Shown here: positions 62,617 through 64,000 of the stretch, piece after piece
Layout of the letters: every line of letters begins with the position of its first letter
Position numbering within the stretch: position 1 is the stretch's first letter
Assembly: GCF_963921235.1 (NCBI RefSeq)
Contig: NC_086112.1
Coordinates: 45,756,001 to 45,820,000, forward strand
Length of the DNA: 64,000 nt
Source of the DNA: Mobula hypostoma
Lineage: Eukaryota
Direction: 5' to 3'
Position numbers and translations under genes: made by a program
The notes under the pieces: model-generated
What the model saw: the letters and a program-made list of their open reading frames with translations, nothing else
What the model was told of the DNA's origin: nothing
Databases searched by the model: none

Positions 62617-64000
62617 AAGGTGGGAATTTAGTGAGACCAGAGCTTAAATACAAGGAGGAAAACTTGAAGCATTTGGCAAAGCTTCAGGTAAGTCATAAGG
62701 GGAGAGGTCTAGTTAGGAGAATTTCACAGGTAGGAGAGAAGATGCCTGATTGACAACCAAACAAGTTTTCATTGTGGGATCTGAAAGAACGCCTTTATCT
62801 TACAGAACATATGAAGTTGTCTTAGATTTAGCTCATAGGGTCTCCAGTATAAATTGTCAAGTTTTATTGAGCAGGGCCTTGCTTCATTTAGCAAGCAGTT
62901 AAAACAGCATTAGTTAAGTGATAGGCCCCTGGTTTATATAGATTTAAGAAGCTCTGCCTGAATCCGACAGGTGTTCAGTTGATCAAGAATACAAGATTAA
63001 AACAGCCATGTGGTAGGAATTGGCAGATTCAAACATACAGTATTTTTTTTTGGATTTTAATTCTTATTCTGTTGTTTTTGCCAAGCTAGAGGAATAAAAC
63101 GCCCTCTTTTTGTTTTGCAAACATGGATGCAATTATTCACCAGGCAGATCAAGAAGGTGGAATTGAAAGTAAAAGTTGATATAATTTACAGTGAGATTTA
63201 TCCAAAAGTAAAATATTTTAACCCTGGTGGTTGAAGAAACAATGCTGTATTGCATGGCTACAGATGTAGCAGAGAACTTAAGTCATGATAGCTTCCCACC
63301 GAGAAGAGATATCTCCCTCTCCAAGCCGGAACAGAATAGAATTGCATCACTCCCCAGATGTTATTGGAGCCTTGTGCAAATTGCTAGCTATAAAATGTGT
63401 CTTTTGAGTTGCTGCCATTTTTAATATTGTATCATTTATTTTAATTGGGGTTCTGGTGAACACATGTAGACATTTGTCTCTAGTCGTCATTTCATTGATC
63501 AACTGGTTACGAGCAGCCTCAACCCTATTATCCCTCACTCTCAGACCAAGGCACTGACATCAAATTGCCTGCTCATCTTCTGAATGAAGGTTTGGTATGC
63601 AGCATGGGTGAGCCAAAAGCGAGATGAGAAAAAAGGTGGCATTGTGAAGAATGAATCTATAAAAGTGAATTTAATGTTTTAATCTAGAACAATAGGAAGA
63701 AAATAGGAAGAAAACTTTCAATATCATAAATGCACATAATTTGATGGTCAAGGATTTCACTTTTTTTTGGAATATTGCAGTGCCAATGAAAGATGCTCAT
63801 AGTGGTAATTTTAATTGTCAGGGGAAAAGATTTCTGTCTTTCTCACCAGCTCCTATGGTGACTGGAATATTTAGATTAAGCATTTCTATTTTGTGCACAT
63901 TTACTTAGTCTCACAATGATACTTCATCCTCAGTGGACATATGCAAGTTGTCAGTGCAAGAAATCGTTTCATTAGATTAAATAACAATGGGCATTCAGTT

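Noticed and set aside
61984-62618. Overlapping 113-133 aa ORFs as proteins
   Set aside because: No domains; they are a by-product of high GC in a structured non-coding element.

Overview
Repeat-saturated vertebrate genomic DNA. The repeat repertoire (CR1, Rex1/Babar-type and RTE LINEs, Penelope elements with hammerhead ribozymes, V-SINE, Gypsy, Tigger/Tc1) suggests a cartilaginous fish, probably a ray; this is inference. I found no intact host protein-coding gene, and nearly all listed ORFs are transposon debris or antisense noise. Highlights: (1) a ~570-bp non-coding retro-element (62046-62616, minus) whose 5' end is a complete HDV-like self-cleaving ribozyme fold with an atypical hairpin inserted in L3; (2) a Gypsy LTR retrotransposon (36136-40796, minus) in which RT/RNaseH/integrase are replaced by an intronless copy of the host splicing-factor mRNA RBM25; (3) an ERV-like provirus (27417-32670; GGCAT TSD, tRNA-Pro-like PBS, gag MHR + CCHC, protease) whose 5' LTR holds a 409-bp-arm near-perfect palindrome that starts right at a Penelope insertion; (4) several short fold-back Penelope insertions with hammerhead motifs on both strands and 10-18 bp TSDs; (5) an RTE insertion carrying a copy of nearby upstream DNA at its 5' end. 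All coordinates were read by eye, and boundaries of old repeats are approximate.
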